Program-made: the position numbers and the translations under genes
The notes under the pieces: generated by a model
Databases searched by the model: none
What the model was told of the DNA's origin: nothing
The model's input: the letters and a program-made list of their open reading frames with translations, nothing else
Shown here: positions 8,701 to 18,162 of the stretch, piece after piece
Position numbering within the stretch: the first letter of the stretch is position 1
How the letters are laid out: every line of letters begins with the position of its first letter
Source of the DNA: a virus
Strand: one strand, 5' to 3'
DNA length: 64,000 nt
IMG/VR virus record: IMGVR_UViG_3300027881_000536
Span: 1 to 64,000 of that record

Positions 8701-11700
8701 TGGGTGAGGCTACTGATGTCACTAGCGCGAAGTTGAAAAGACACCTTATGGAAATCAACCATCCTGACAAGTTTGAACATCGCCCTTCTTACCAAATATG
8801 TCCCTCTTGTGAAGGCACTAAGAAGGAAAGGGACCATCATACTCATAATTGGATAGACGGTTCTTCTTGCACTAGATGTTCTGTAAGAGGAAAACCTCCT
8901 ACTGGTTATATTCATAAGGGTAATCGTAAAGTGAGTAGAATATTTGATTTGCCTGAGATAAGAACAGGAGTACCAGAATGTCCTTGTTGCAAAGATGGTA
9001 GTGGTCAAATGATTAATTCTCCAGGAGGGCTTGGGAAGAGTACTCGAGTTTATCATTTCCCCATTGACCATGATTTTGATACCATGACGACTATGGACCA
9101 TATCTTTGATTTAGAGAATAAATTAAAACGCGCTCAGACAAAATTCAGTAAAGAGCCTAATGATGGGAATAAAAATCAAGTCATGCAGATATATGAGGCT
9201 CTTAATGATGCTATTGAGGAAGAGACTCCACTATTGACAAAGACACTCGGTATGAGATTTGAAAGGGCTCAGGCAGAGTCTGGTAAGACTGGGCGTTCCA
9301 TGGCGGCTTTTATTGGAGGTGCGTATGGCGATGGGGAGTTTAGAGATTATGGTGTTTCATGGTTAGATAGACGACTCCCGAATGGGAAAATTGACAAGGA
9401 TTGGCAACCTACTGTTGGAAAGACCCCTTGCCCATTCTGTGCTGAGGTCAATAAGAGAGGCGAACCCCTACCTGGAAAGTTAGCAGGTACAACTCCAATG
9501 CTTGGTGATAAGGATGGTTATCATAGTCCTGCAGGTTTCTTGGGAGAAGCCCAAGGATGTCCGAGTGATTCTCACAGGGAAGATGGAGCGACTATATTCT
9601 CACAGATGGTTGCAGTCAAGCATTGGGTTGGGGAGAAGGAGTTTAATCCTGATACTGCAAGAATGGAACCTGGTAAACACCACGATATGTTAGATTTGAT
9701 AGAAGATAGTTGGAGTAAGGGCCCAGTTATAGATGATTTGAGGGATAGATTTCCAGTTGTGAGTAAATCCTCACCAGAAGAGAAGAGAAAATGGTTTGAG
9801 AAGAATCCTGGTAAGAAACTTGAGCACTTTTTCAAGGAACGGACTCAGAAGGCAAGGGATAGAGATGCTTATTCCCCTAGACCACCACAGACTATCGGAG
9901 ATTATATGTTCAATAAATTCGCTGCTCTCAGAAGAAAGAGTGGGAAGCCTACTCCGCAAGAACGCATAACTCACAAAGGAGCCTCTAGTTACTTATCCCA
10001 AGATAAGGCTAGAGTGGACCCCGTCTCTACTTTGCAGAAAACGGACTACTTGGGGTCTACAGTATCATCTGATGCATTCACTAAGGGTGAGCATTTTCTA
10101 GATAAATTGGATTCTAGTGGTATATTAGATTTTGAGGACGACTCATTCAGTAATGAGAATGAGTTAAAGCGACTTTTCGCGATACATTGTTTGATACCTG
10201 ATTACTATGGGCATAGACACTCTAACCCATTGTATATGACTGGTGGAGAGAGTGAGAAGGACTTGCGGAAATGGGCTAGAAATGTTCTGGGTGTGAAAAG
10301 AAACCATCCGGTAGGAGAAGAGATGAAATCAGAGTTCAGACATAATTTGCATATGATAGAGCCTCTTTTACAATTAGAAAAGGAATGGAGCCATTACTAC
10401 TTGGCTCCTAGAGAAGAGATGGTAGAAGAATCAGGGTGGCCTACTTCCATATTCAATACCACGGACTCCAAGCAGCCATTCCTCAATCAGGACGATTTGC
10501 AGAGGGTATTTGGTGAACTTCGTGGACATTATCGTGACTGGTGGGAGTTGATGGATTATGGTCATTATAGCCCTGACCATCATGGGTTCGTTCCCCCGAC
10601 AGTACATTTCCCTGACCTATGCCTTTTCTTGAACAACCAGCATATGCCAGAAGAAGTGGCTAAGGCTTGGTTTAATCATGACGATAAGCAATTACCTGAC
10701 TGGATGCATACCAAGGGTAAGAGTATGGAAGAGATGCAGGAATTGGCTAGTGTTCTATGGGCGGCAGGTCAAGGAGACCAAAATACTAGTCTTGAGTACC
10801 CTAAGTCAGTTGAGTGGATGGAGCAAGCGAGAGCAGACGGGAATGACCCTGACGAGTCTACTAAAATGCTCTGGTTCCGAATTAGAGATATGTTACAAAG
10901 GCGTTCTAGAGACCCTGAAGGTTCTAAGAAAGCATTAGAAGCACTCATGACCCAGAGGAATAGAACTCAACTAAACCAGTGGGGTTTCCCAACAGGTTGC
11001 CCTTGTTGCAAAGGAGAAGGACAAGTTACTGCACATCAGTTCTTAGAGCGTGCTCCTGCATTCATAGATATGGTCGACGATGATGGCTACTTTTCTGATG
11101 TACCATTGGGTGCTGATGGAACTCCTCTAGAAAAAGTAGATGGTGCATATCAAATGAATGACCCTAAGGTTCACGAATTTTTCAAAGACCATGCTAGGTC
11201 ATATTCTCATCCTAATTGGGTAGACCACAAGGAGTATGATAAGAAGGACCCCTATTGGAGAAGACATGTCATGATGCAATGCCCTGGGTGTAAAGGTACT
11301 CATGTTTGCCCTTCTTGTGATGGTCACACTGGTCGTCACCACGCATCTCCTATCATGATGGCAGTTCGCAATATTAGGAATATGCTTCACAAGGAGGCGA
11401 TGGGTATGGCTGGTAGATTCATGAAACAGCCTGTTATGGAGGATGGTCCTGTAGAAATGCAGACCGACACTCACGCTGCAGAAATCAATAATATGCCTGC
11501 TGAGGTATTGGAGGACTATGTGCCTGCTCGTGCTCAGATAGAGCCTTATACTCATGAGAGACCCAAGATGGGTTATATCGGTGCACCTACTGGTAAGAAA
11601 CCACCAGATGAAGGGGATAGAAAGGACCAGGCAGATGATGGTGGCAGTGGTATTCTATGGGTTGAAGAAGAAGATGATGAGGGGGAGTCAACTGGTTACT

Positions 11701-14700
11701 ACTATACAATCAGAGACCCTTGGCATTCCAATAGAGGTGGAAGAGGTACGCTCGCTTCCTTTGACAGGGAGTTGAAAAGGGTCACAGCCGAGCAGTTATT
11801 TGAAGGCTTATCACCAGAGGAATTCTATGATAGGGAGGATAAGAAAGATGCTGACTCTGCAAAGCAGGCTGAACTATGGGATTTGGCAGAAGGGGCGAAG
11901 AATATTAGAGAGGGGGCACGGTGGGACCCAGGTGCTCAGACACGCCCTAAGGCTGTCCAGGAAATGATAGATAGGAATCTGGCAGACCCGACATTGAAAC
12001 CTAGTAAGTGTGTGTTCCCAGGTTGTAATCAAGACATCACATATGGGCAGAAATACTGTACTGGGGAGGAAATGTACCCCCATATCAGTGTAGGGGCTGG
12101 AGGTCGAAAATTCATGGAGATGAGACCCACAGAAAAGGAGGCCCCTAATCACTTTGCACTAGTCAAAAGTCCTCATTACAAAGATGCGGTACTCAATTCT
12201 AGCATGCCGAGTAAGAACTATTGGGGTGGTCGTGAACCTATTGAGAAGATGCTTGAATTAGGGTTTAAGTTAGAAGGGAGCAAGAGGTTCGGTGTTAGAC
12301 AGGATATGGATACAGAGGCTCACAAGGAATTCATGAAAAGTGATTTCGTTAGGGTTTTGAATGAACATGGGTGGTCTGCCCCTTATCTATCAGATGACCC
12401 TGACTATGGGTCAAGTTCGCCTTTTCCAAAACCTCAACATCTAAGAGGGCGAAACAAAGCATACAATACACTAAGGGGTAAACTAGCGAATGGTGAAATT
12501 ACTCCTGAGGAGTATGAGAAGAAGATGAAGACTACTGAGGAAGGAATGAAGCCACTTAGTAATGAAGAGTTTGAGGAGAAGATGGAGGAGATGCGGACAG
12601 AGTGGTTCAATGTCACTAGAGATGCAGTGGCTGCTTGGCGTGATAGTATTGAGAAGATAGACATGCATATACCTTACTTTACACACCCCGAGGATAAGGG
12701 AAGAGTCTTCACACCTTTCGATATTTTCGATAGTCAAGGTATACCTCAAGACCATCTCCATAGCATATTTGATTATATTCCACACGGTTTAGACCCAGAT
12801 AATAATCCTCAGCATAAGACAAATTGGAAAACTGTAGGTGGTCAGAGAGTTGGATTATACTCTGTTATTCCTAAACAGGTCTGTAAGAGATGCTGGAGTG
12901 ATATAAGTAAGGAAGAGCGTGAGAATTGTGAATGCGACACTTGCGGTGAAACTCTAGCAAGCGAACATGATATAGATAGTAGTATGATGGGGATGAGTGA
13001 TAGAGGCGTACCTACTTCAATACAAGTTCAAGCAAGTGGTACTCCATTCCCTCAAGGCGCTTTGTCTCCTTTTATCAATAGTGCAAAGCATCCTGATTTG
13101 GCTGTCAAGGTATACCTCAGAGACCGACTTAGGAATAGAGCCGCTTACATAGCAGAGCATATGAAGCCTGAGGATGGTGAATTTGACCCCGCTATGACTC
13201 AATGCAAGCGTTGTAGTGGTCATGGTATATTACAAGATGAACATGGTAATCCAGTCAAATGTGGGCATTGTGTGCAAATACCTGATTTGGAATCTGAGTT
13301 AGGTAAGAATAATCATATGGTATTCAATGATGTAGACAAAGATGCTTTAATGCAAGTACATACTCCAAACTATCGGTTGATGAAAGGTAATCCACAAGAC
13401 CCAAATTCATGGAAACCCATAGATGAGAATGATGAAGAGGAATTCAAGCAGGCTCTCAAAGTGTTGAGATTAGGAGCAGGTGGTTCCAAAATCAGTGGTC
13501 GTATTTTAGGTACAGATGTAGAACAGAGGCTTAGAAAAGTGCAAATAGGAGACGAAGATGATTCTCTAGAAGAAGTAGTAGATGAAGATAAGGCAGAGGA
13601 GGCTGAACAGTATCTTAGGACTTTCTTGCAGATAGACAAGGAAGGAAAACATAGTCCAGTTCATATTCCTACTATGAACCCAGGATTATTTTCCAATAAT
13701 GTATGGGCTAATAGCAAGGGTGACGCTCCTTTGGCTAAATTCAAAGGTCATGATGATGGTAGAAATAAGGTTCAAACAAAGGTAAATGAGCATTTACATT
13801 CTGCATCTCACGATTTATTGAGTAGGGAATTATTCAGATTGGCTGGAGTTAGAAATTTTACTGAGTTAGGCAATCCGGGTCAAGGTGGTGGAAAGACGCT
13901 GGATGATGGTACTAGAGAGTTTCCGAGTTGGGTGCCTAGTGCTAGAGCCAAGAAACTGGCGAAGAGTAATATGAAAACCATTCGTCAGTTAAAGAAGAAG
14001 AAGAATATCAGTGAGACAGACCAAGCAAAGTTAGAAGATGCTCTTCTCTTGAAAGAATTCATAGGAGAAGGGAAGAGACCTGCGTGGGTACTAGGACTTG
14101 GTAATCCCATAGCAGTAGCCAATCAAGCACAATCAAACACTGAAGGTTATATGTTGGCCCCAAAAGAGGGTTTCACTGGTGTAGACATAGATATGCCAGA
14201 AACTATTATCAGAGGCTCTATCATGGGTAATGAAAATACATCTAGTGCTGAGAGGGCTGCAGGGATAGTCGGTATGTTAGATGGTGATAACAATCATTGG
14301 GTTGCGAAAGGAATTGGGAGTTTTGGTGTGGGTGGTTTGGAGTATACTAATGCTATGCGAGATATAGTTAATAGAGCAGAATCAGCATTCTTTGTAGGCG
14401 GGCCAAAACTTGGCACTATAATGGATGGTAGTCATGTTGCTCACAGCGAAATGCGTTCTGAAGGTGCTTTGATGAAGAATGCACTTTTCACTCCATCAGC
14501 ACTTCACGATGAAGCCCATAAGGCCTATGCTGAAGGGAGAGAGGAACATGGAGACCAATACATGGGACTATTGGGGCATGTATTCAAGGATACTGATATT
14601 GACACACCTATGAAAAATGAGGATGAAATAGAATCACACAGAAATGCTTCTATGGCTGGGCATTCTGAAATAGACCCGATGGGCCATGGGGGGACCCATG

Positions 14701-14900
14701 AACGCTATGATGTAGAACGAGACGATACTGCGGCTATGGCAAATCAGCCTCCAATGTCTTTCGGGGCTAGTCAGGCTGATAGTCCAAGTGCAGTACAAGC
14801 CCAGCAATGGGGGGCAGATGATGAGACTCTTCAATTGAGTGAGGACCCTGCAGAGGTTGCCTGGGCTAACATTCTCAAGAATCTTGCAATAAACCATTGA
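5784..14900 (+). CDS. Giant 3038-aa multi-zinc-finger protein, probable internal virion/ejected protein
   Basis: 9.1-kb open frame (TTG start uncertain); roughly nine Cys-based modules, four strict CxxCxGxG; AWxxLK-like tags at both termini. Confidence 0.9.
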   Translation: MGSYVLVSPVDSAWEILKGHILKASAGEPPDKTERNLINDICHEKGKNARTILKQHENDERLLVRLNEIVRKYDNDFNLASASDKEPIYRAVTEDGSALWPAGCEDALFQSTSKMASDHYKRMSPSKFVSNKEIMLLSRHPDESAGAMLSDRLRDLVELNPDAADDAKKEVMARLEDHISELDRSEKTEKTVSARMRGREGEEGYENHVREVLHKQHRMRVLKNHYRDRAASEIVGELQGVKKHHSTCPEHGVIGFPNCECPSILDSQRSDYLTLEQRMGGRHHPRHWENENLKNGVVASINDLVHIMCEFSNMANSSTIRTDGGSRKDRLEHWWKNTPWDQRKVILGLEIKYKGKHSPSLPYLLGEWMNNDDKRDFLRFVSDFEGSKSKRRREGTGARGRAASTDPGIIGDWSSNDLFHYLSPDESFASPDTHADEDSLGDTTYEDVDVGGAGDSGYGGETHFGHEGEGGIEVEDDPYSEEDIVGSEYASQTGSVRGGRKSRKPPFQIYTQQWFSTKKEKDDWLADMQERVKLSESGGETVNIRRDGKEIEVPLFQSHHPDYLTKSEMKDIIGQNDFAAECIENLNKDAAEDLLEEKRGHMQKEIDEKGVLYDGQSRGLRVSPKTMDLALEVLGFSRTPEGQRYGKLKDALFTDGKFMKENPDHILDSGVGRAAINNLLQGAEKHREAAGQTVRTIQCTKCGGSRVSKRRSSGKGGRLYPCGKCRDPFTGESTGYTTAYREGDASPEQKEQIIHDMRKEYEDIKASFIPSIRDLAHEAGFSKQCQGCKGSGEDEILRDSEGKPEKCIECEGYGNDIFLEPYLKDIYTKQEQGLSAEEAMDAAIKDAERRHSILKYRDRERLHDKRMSDLEKYGLLSNGVPALFYMNRLHEKIGSNGGGVLNRKALEAHRKEILDESPDIGFHRLKQELADRLLKVFSYIDRKHDYHGLKLADAIHSPYFEELLNILSEKPHLGEATDVTSAKLKRHLMEINHPDKFEHRPSYQICPSCEGTKKERDHHTHNWIDGSSCTRCSVRGKPPTGYIHKGNRKVSRIFDLPEIRTGVPECPCCKDGSGQMINSPGGLGKSTRVYHFPIDHDFDTMTTMDHIFDLENKLKRAQTKFSKEPNDGNKNQVMQIYEALNDAIEEETPLLTKTLGMRFERAQAESGKTGRSMAAFIGGAYGDGEFRDYGVSWLDRRLPNGKIDKDWQPTVGKTPCPFCAEVNKRGEPLPGKLAGTTPMLGDKDGYHSPAGFLGEAQGCPSDSHREDGATIFSQMVAVKHWVGEKEFNPDTARMEPGKHHDMLDLIEDSWSKGPVIDDLRDRFPVVSKSSPEEKRKWFEKNPGKKLEHFFKERTQKARDRDAYSPRPPQTIGDYMFNKFAALRRKSGKPTPQERITHKGASSYLSQDKARVDPVSTLQKTDYLGSTVSSDAFTKGEHFLDKLDSSGILDFEDDSFSNENELKRLFAIHCLIPDYYGHRHSNPLYMTGGESEKDLRKWARNVLGVKRNHPVGEEMKSEFRHNLHMIEPLLQLEKEWSHYYLAPREEMVEESGWPTSIFNTTDSKQPFLNQDDLQRVFGELRGHYRDWWELMDYGHYSPDHHGFVPPTVHFPDLCLFLNNQHMPEEVAKAWFNHDDKQLPDWMHTKGKSMEEMQELASVLWAAGQGDQNTSLEYPKSVEWMEQARADGNDPDESTKMLWFRIRDMLQRRSRDPEGSKKALEALMTQRNRTQLNQWGFPTGCPCCKGEGQVTAHQFLERAPAFIDMVDDDGYFSDVPLGADGTPLEKVDGAYQMNDPKVHEFFKDHARSYSHPNWVDHKEYDKKDPYWRRHVMMQCPGCKGTHVCPSCDGHTGRHHASPIMMAVRNIRNMLHKEAMGMAGRFMKQPVMEDGPVEMQTDTHAAEINNMPAEVLEDYVPARAQIEPYTHERPKMGYIGAPTGKKPPDEGDRKDQADDGGSGILWVEEEDDEGESTGYYYTIRDPWHSNRGGRGTLASFDRELKRVTAEQLFEGLSPEEFYDREDKKDADSAKQAELWDLAEGAKNIREGARWDPGAQTRPKAVQEMIDRNLADPTLKPSKCVFPGCNQDITYGQKYCTGEEMYPHISVGAGGRKFMEMRPTEKEAPNHFALVKSPHYKDAVLNSSMPSKNYWGGREPIEKMLELGFKLEGSKRFGVRQDMDTEAHKEFMKSDFVRVLNEHGWSAPYLSDDPDYGSSSPFPKPQHLRGRNKAYNTLRGKLANGEITPEEYEKKMKTTEEGMKPLSNEEFEEKMEEMRTEWFNVTRDAVAAWRDSIEKIDMHIPYFTHPEDKGRVFTPFDIFDSQGIPQDHLHSIFDYIPHGLDPDNNPQHKTNWKTVGGQRVGLYSVIPKQVCKRCWSDISKEERENCECDTCGETLASEHDIDSSMMGMSDRGVPTSIQVQASGTPFPQGALSPFINSAKHPDLAVKVYLRDRLRNRAAYIAEHMKPEDGEFDPAMTQCKRCSGHGILQDEHGNPVKCGHCVQIPDLESELGKNNHMVFNDVDKDALMQVHTPNYRLMKGNPQDPNSWKPIDENDEEEFKQALKVLRLGAGGSKISGRILGTDVEQRLRKVQIGDEDDSLEEVVDEDKAEEAEQYLRTFLQIDKEGKHSPVHIPTMNPGLFSNNVWANSKGDAPLAKFKGHDDGRNKVQTKVNEHLHSASHDLLSRELFRLAGVRNFTELGNPGQGGGKTLDDGTREFPSWVPSARAKKLAKSNMKTIRQLKKKKNISETDQAKLEDALLLKEFIGEGKRPAWVLGLGNPIAVANQAQSNTEGYMLAPKEGFTGVDIDMPETIIRGSIMGNENTSSAERAAGIVGMLDGDNNHWVAKGIGSFGVGGLEYTNAMRDIVNRAESAFFVGGPKLGTIMDGSHVAHSEMRSEGALMKNALFTPSALHDEAHKAYAEGREEHGDQYMGLLGHVFKDTDIDTPMKNEDEIESHRNASMAGHSEIDPMGHGGTHERYDVERDDTAAMANQPPMSFGASQADSPSAVQAQQWGADDETLQLSEDPAEVAWANILKNLAINH

Positions 14901-14910
14901 AAACGATAAC

Positions 14911-14930
14911 CCGGTTAACCTTACAACCGG
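14911..14930. other. Inverted repeat at operon boundary (terminator/operator candidate)
   Basis: CCGGTT-N8-AACCGG just after the giant ORF stop. Confidence 0.45.
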
Positions 14931-14974
14931 AGATTATATGAGGTTCTGTCCTATCGCACAGGTGAGGAAGAAGT

Positions 14975-15535
14975 ATGGCATCGCCAAATATCCCCCTACA
15001 ACCTAGTGAGACAACTGCAGATGAATTAAGGGTCTTGGGTCTAATCACCTTTGTGTCCTTGCTTGTGGGCTCAACTATCGCCGTGTTTGATTCTGGACTT
15101 TGGCTCAAGGCTGCTGATACCCAAACTAATGCTTACACATATGCGATGGCTGCCTTCACCCTACAAGGGATGTCCTTCGTTCTGTACAAGTTATTGATGC
15201 AGGACTCGATGGACCATAAGGCGGGCTTCGCACGCATGGACAGAGATAGGACTCGCAGAATGCAGCAAATGCAGCAACAGATGGCTAACCGACAGATGGA
15301 ACTAGAGATGAAAATGCAAGAGGCTCAGTTCGTTCGACAGATGCAGATGATGGAACACCAGCAGGAAATGGAATCCACTGGGGCTGATATCGTAAACATG
15401 GGTGATATGTTACTAATCCCTCAACCCCCTGGTCCTCCTCAGCACCCTTCCGAGGAGAAAGGTTCTATTGACTTGGGGCCGTCCAACAATCAGCCACGCA
15501 GTGCTGGTGGGCAGTTTGCTTCTAAGAAGGTGTAG
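14975..15535 (+). CDS. Membrane protein, 2 TM helices plus Gln/Met-rich coiled coil
   Basis: VLGLITFVSLLVGSTIAVF and AYTYAMAAFTLQGMSFVLY; RMQQMQQQMANRQMELEMKMQEAQ; AGGTGA SD. Confidence 0.8.
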   Translation: MASPNIPLQPSETTADELRVLGLITFVSLLVGSTIAVFDSGLWLKAADTQTNAYTYAMAAFTLQGMSFVLYKLLMQDSMDHKAGFARMDRDRTRRMQQMQQQMANRQMELEMKMQEAQFVRQMQMMEHQQEMESTGADIVNMGDMLLIPQPPGPPQHPSEEKGSIDLGPSNNQPRSAGGQFASKKV

Positions 15536-15539
15536 TTGA

Positions 15540-15785
15540 ATGGGATGGCTTTTCAAGACTCCCAGTGACGATGCTACTGAAGCGACTCTCAAGGCTCTTC
15601 ATTGGCAGAACACACTCGATAATTACTATGAGTATAGTTGGGGGTGGTTTAGAACTGTGCTCTTCACTATAGGGGCAGTATTCATCACTTCGGCTGTAGA
15701 GAGCAATGTGGGTGTCAGTATATGGGAGAACACAGTAGATTCCTTTATCACATGGGCTCAGGAGACAGTCGGCGGTTGGGTGTAA
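15540..15785 (+). CDS. Small single-TM membrane protein
   Basis: WFRTVLFTIGAVFITSAV hydrophobic segment; tight operon spacing. Confidence 0.7.
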   Translation: MGWLFKTPSDDATEATLKALHWQNTLDNYYEYSWGWFRTVLFTIGAVFITSAVESNVGVSIWENTVDSFITWAQETVGGWV

Positions 15786-15791
15786 GCGTGC

Positions 15792-16508
15792 ATGGCGATT
15801 GGCGGTTCAGTCCTGATGGCAGCGGTAGTATTCGGAAACGACCTCTACAACTACATGAAACCTCGTCGGTTAGGGATATACGGCCCTACTCAGGTAGGGA
15901 AAACAACCTTAGATATGTTCATGACAACTCCAGGAGAAATGGCCGATGTGGAGGACAGGACTACCCACTCAGAGAGACTCCTAGGTTCAGGGCATGTTCT
16001 ACCTCAACCTACTCGCAAGAGGATACGATACAAAGGGGAGAAGAGAGTAATACACTCATCAGACCTAGGAGGGCAGCAACGATTCTGGAATCTTTGGATA
16101 GACGACATGGTAGAGAGGCAGGTCGAAATGGTCATCTTCATGATAGACGACAGGGCTCAGAATGGGAACGGGGCAGATACAATCGACGCAGTGGGAGGGC
16201 TGGAGTATCTCGTAGACGCCTTAATCGACAGGAGATGGAAGTATCGAAGTCTCAGAAGCCGATGGAAAGGGCAGAAATATGCCCCCAAACAAATATGGGT
16301 TGTAGCAAACAAGGCAGACACATGGTGGGACAGTCAAGCAAATATCCTGTGGCAGTCTCAGCGATTGAGGGAACATCCTATATTCAACCCCTACCGACCA
16401 GCAATGGTGAAACTCCAGAAGGCAGGCATCCCCTGTCGAGTGAGCATGATGGCCACCAAGATAGGCTGGAATGTGGAACAGACTCTGGTGGACATGTTAA
16501 CATGGTGA
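15792..16508 (+). CDS. Small GTPase, Ras superfamily (Arf/Sar-like)
   Basis: G1 GPTQVGKTT, candidate G2 DRTT, G3 DLGGQ, G4 NKAD, G5-like MMATKIGWNVE; hydrophobic N-terminal helix. Confidence 0.9.
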   Translation: MAIGGSVLMAAVVFGNDLYNYMKPRRLGIYGPTQVGKTTLDMFMTTPGEMADVEDRTTHSERLLGSGHVLPQPTRKRIRYKGEKRVIHSSDLGGQQRFWNLWIDDMVERQVEMVIFMIDDRAQNGNGADTIDAVGGLEYLVDALIDRRWKYRSLRSRWKGQKYAPKQIWVVANKADTWWDSQANILWQSQRLREHPIFNPYRPAMVKLQKAGIPCRVSMMATKIGWNVEQTLVDMLTW

Positions 16509-16512
16509 TATT

Positions 16513-17532
16513 ATGGTGATGAACCCGTTTGGACAACCCTCAGAATTACCCCCATTGGGGTCTTACAACAGCCAGCAGATGCTACAGATAGCCGGTAACT
16601 CACAGGTGCCGTTAGCACAATTGAGAGAGATGGCCCAGGCTCAGACCTATATGCAGGAAGCAGCAATGCAGACTCATATCGAGATACCCAAGGTCAATTT
16701 CTACCCATCGAACCATGGTAATCTCAAGAAGGCTCGAAGGTCGGATATCCGCCAAGCCTACAGACTCCTCACCCCCACCAAACGGAGTCTATTATCCCCG
16801 CGCAGATGGTGGTTCGGTGGAAAGTACCAGTATTCCGGGGATGCCACCCACTGCTGCATCGACGGTTGTGATGTAGATAATCTGATGAGGGCTGCTGGTA
16901 ATGTCTATGATATGATTAAGGATGAGGAGACTGGAAAGTCTCTTTGGGACCTATATTTCACAGACCCTGTGAGTGGGGAGTCAAGAGGCTTCCAGGCTCG
17001 TGAGGGTGTGACTAGCGGTAGAATAGTTAGGGGGACATACTGTCCTGAGCACCTTCATCTCTATCACTTGCTCCTGAAGTGGGAGACTGCAGAACAGGAT
17101 GAGGAGGATGGGACTACAAGCACCCTCAAGTCTAGGTTGAACAAAGGCGTCTCCATGGTTACTGTCCCAGTGGCTGGTATGGCTGGTGGAGTGATAGGGA
17201 AGGATAATACTCCCCTCCCCCTGCAGAAATATCAACCATTCTTCAATATGATGAAACAGGACAACATACCTGTGGTGAGGCTGCAGAATACAGATGGGAA
17301 CAATGACCTCACTGTAGTTGTCTTTGACATGAGGCAATTCGAGACGGGGGTCAACTCTAGACTCATCAATGAGGCTATTCTTAATACTGGCTCTACTACT
17401 TCTGGTACACCTACTATGGGGCTCGGAGAACTGTTAGCACAGACAGCACCTCAGGCGGAAACTTCAACTGTGCCACCCCCTACGCAGGAAATGATGGACA
17501 CTGCTGAGGCTATGCAAGGGGTGGTCGAATGA
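16513..17532 (+). CDS. Hypothetical protein with putative Cys/His metal site
   Basis: CCIDGC...YCPEHLH; 339-aa ORF in operon with the GTPase. Confidence 0.75.
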   Translation: MVMNPFGQPSELPPLGSYNSQQMLQIAGNSQVPLAQLREMAQAQTYMQEAAMQTHIEIPKVNFYPSNHGNLKKARRSDIRQAYRLLTPTKRSLLSPRRWWFGGKYQYSGDATHCCIDGCDVDNLMRAAGNVYDMIKDEETGKSLWDLYFTDPVSGESRGFQAREGVTSGRIVRGTYCPEHLHLYHLLLKWETAEQDEEDGTTSTLKSRLNKGVSMVTVPVAGMAGGVIGKDNTPLPLQKYQPFFNMMKQDNIPVVRLQNTDGNNDLTVVVFDMRQFETGVNSRLINEAILNTGSTTSGTPTMGLGELLAQTAPQAETSTVPPPTQEMMDTAEAMQGVVE

Positions 17533-18158
17533 GTTGGTGGCAAAGCAGTCAATCACAGACTCCTGCTCCACTAGGATTACCTGGAGGACAACAGACAATG
17601 TCCGCTTATAGGACGACTGACCCTTATGCTAATCCGTATGGTGCAATGGGCGCAGGGATGATGGGGGGGATGGGATACCAATATCAACAGGCGCCACCTT
17701 TGGCTCCTCCGAGCGATTTAGAGGTGATGGCTGCTCTCATACAGACTAGTGTACCTGTGGATAGATGGTTCGCTGGTCCTAATCTAGATGTGTTAGTTGC
17801 TTTGATGTACAAAATCAGTGCTCTTGCCACTGTGGAGACTCTGAAGAATGCCAGCCTTGTAGAGACTGACGATGGTAAGTTGAAGTTCGAGTTTGTGGAC
17901 GCAACACTTCTCCCCACTGTTGACAGTGTGACGATGGAGAATAACACCCTCGCTACGGCGGCTCAAACTTCCATAACTGCAGCCCATCAGCAGCAGCAGG
18001 CTATACTCAATATGGTTCAGCAGAACCTTATGAGTGACGCGCTCGGTGCTGCTATGGCTAACCCTGGTTTCATGCAGAATGTCGGTAGTACCATTGGGAA
18101 TGTCTTCAGGGGTGCTGTAGGATTACCACAACCAACTGTGCTACCCCCAACGGTGTGA
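17529..18158 (+). CDS. Hypothetical low-complexity (Q/G/M/P) protein with central helical domain
   Basis: 209-aa ORF, ATGA overlap with upstream gene. Confidence 0.75.
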   Translation: MSWWQSSQSQTPAPLGLPGGQQTMSAYRTTDPYANPYGAMGAGMMGGMGYQYQQAPPLAPPSDLEVMAALIQTSVPVDRWFAGPNLDVLVALMYKISALATVETLKNASLVETDDGKLKFEFVDATLLPTVDSVTMENNTLATAAQTSITAAHQQQQAILNMVQQNLMSDALGAAMANPGFMQNVGSTIGNVFRGAVGLPQPTVLPPTV

Positions 18159-18162
18159 TTAG

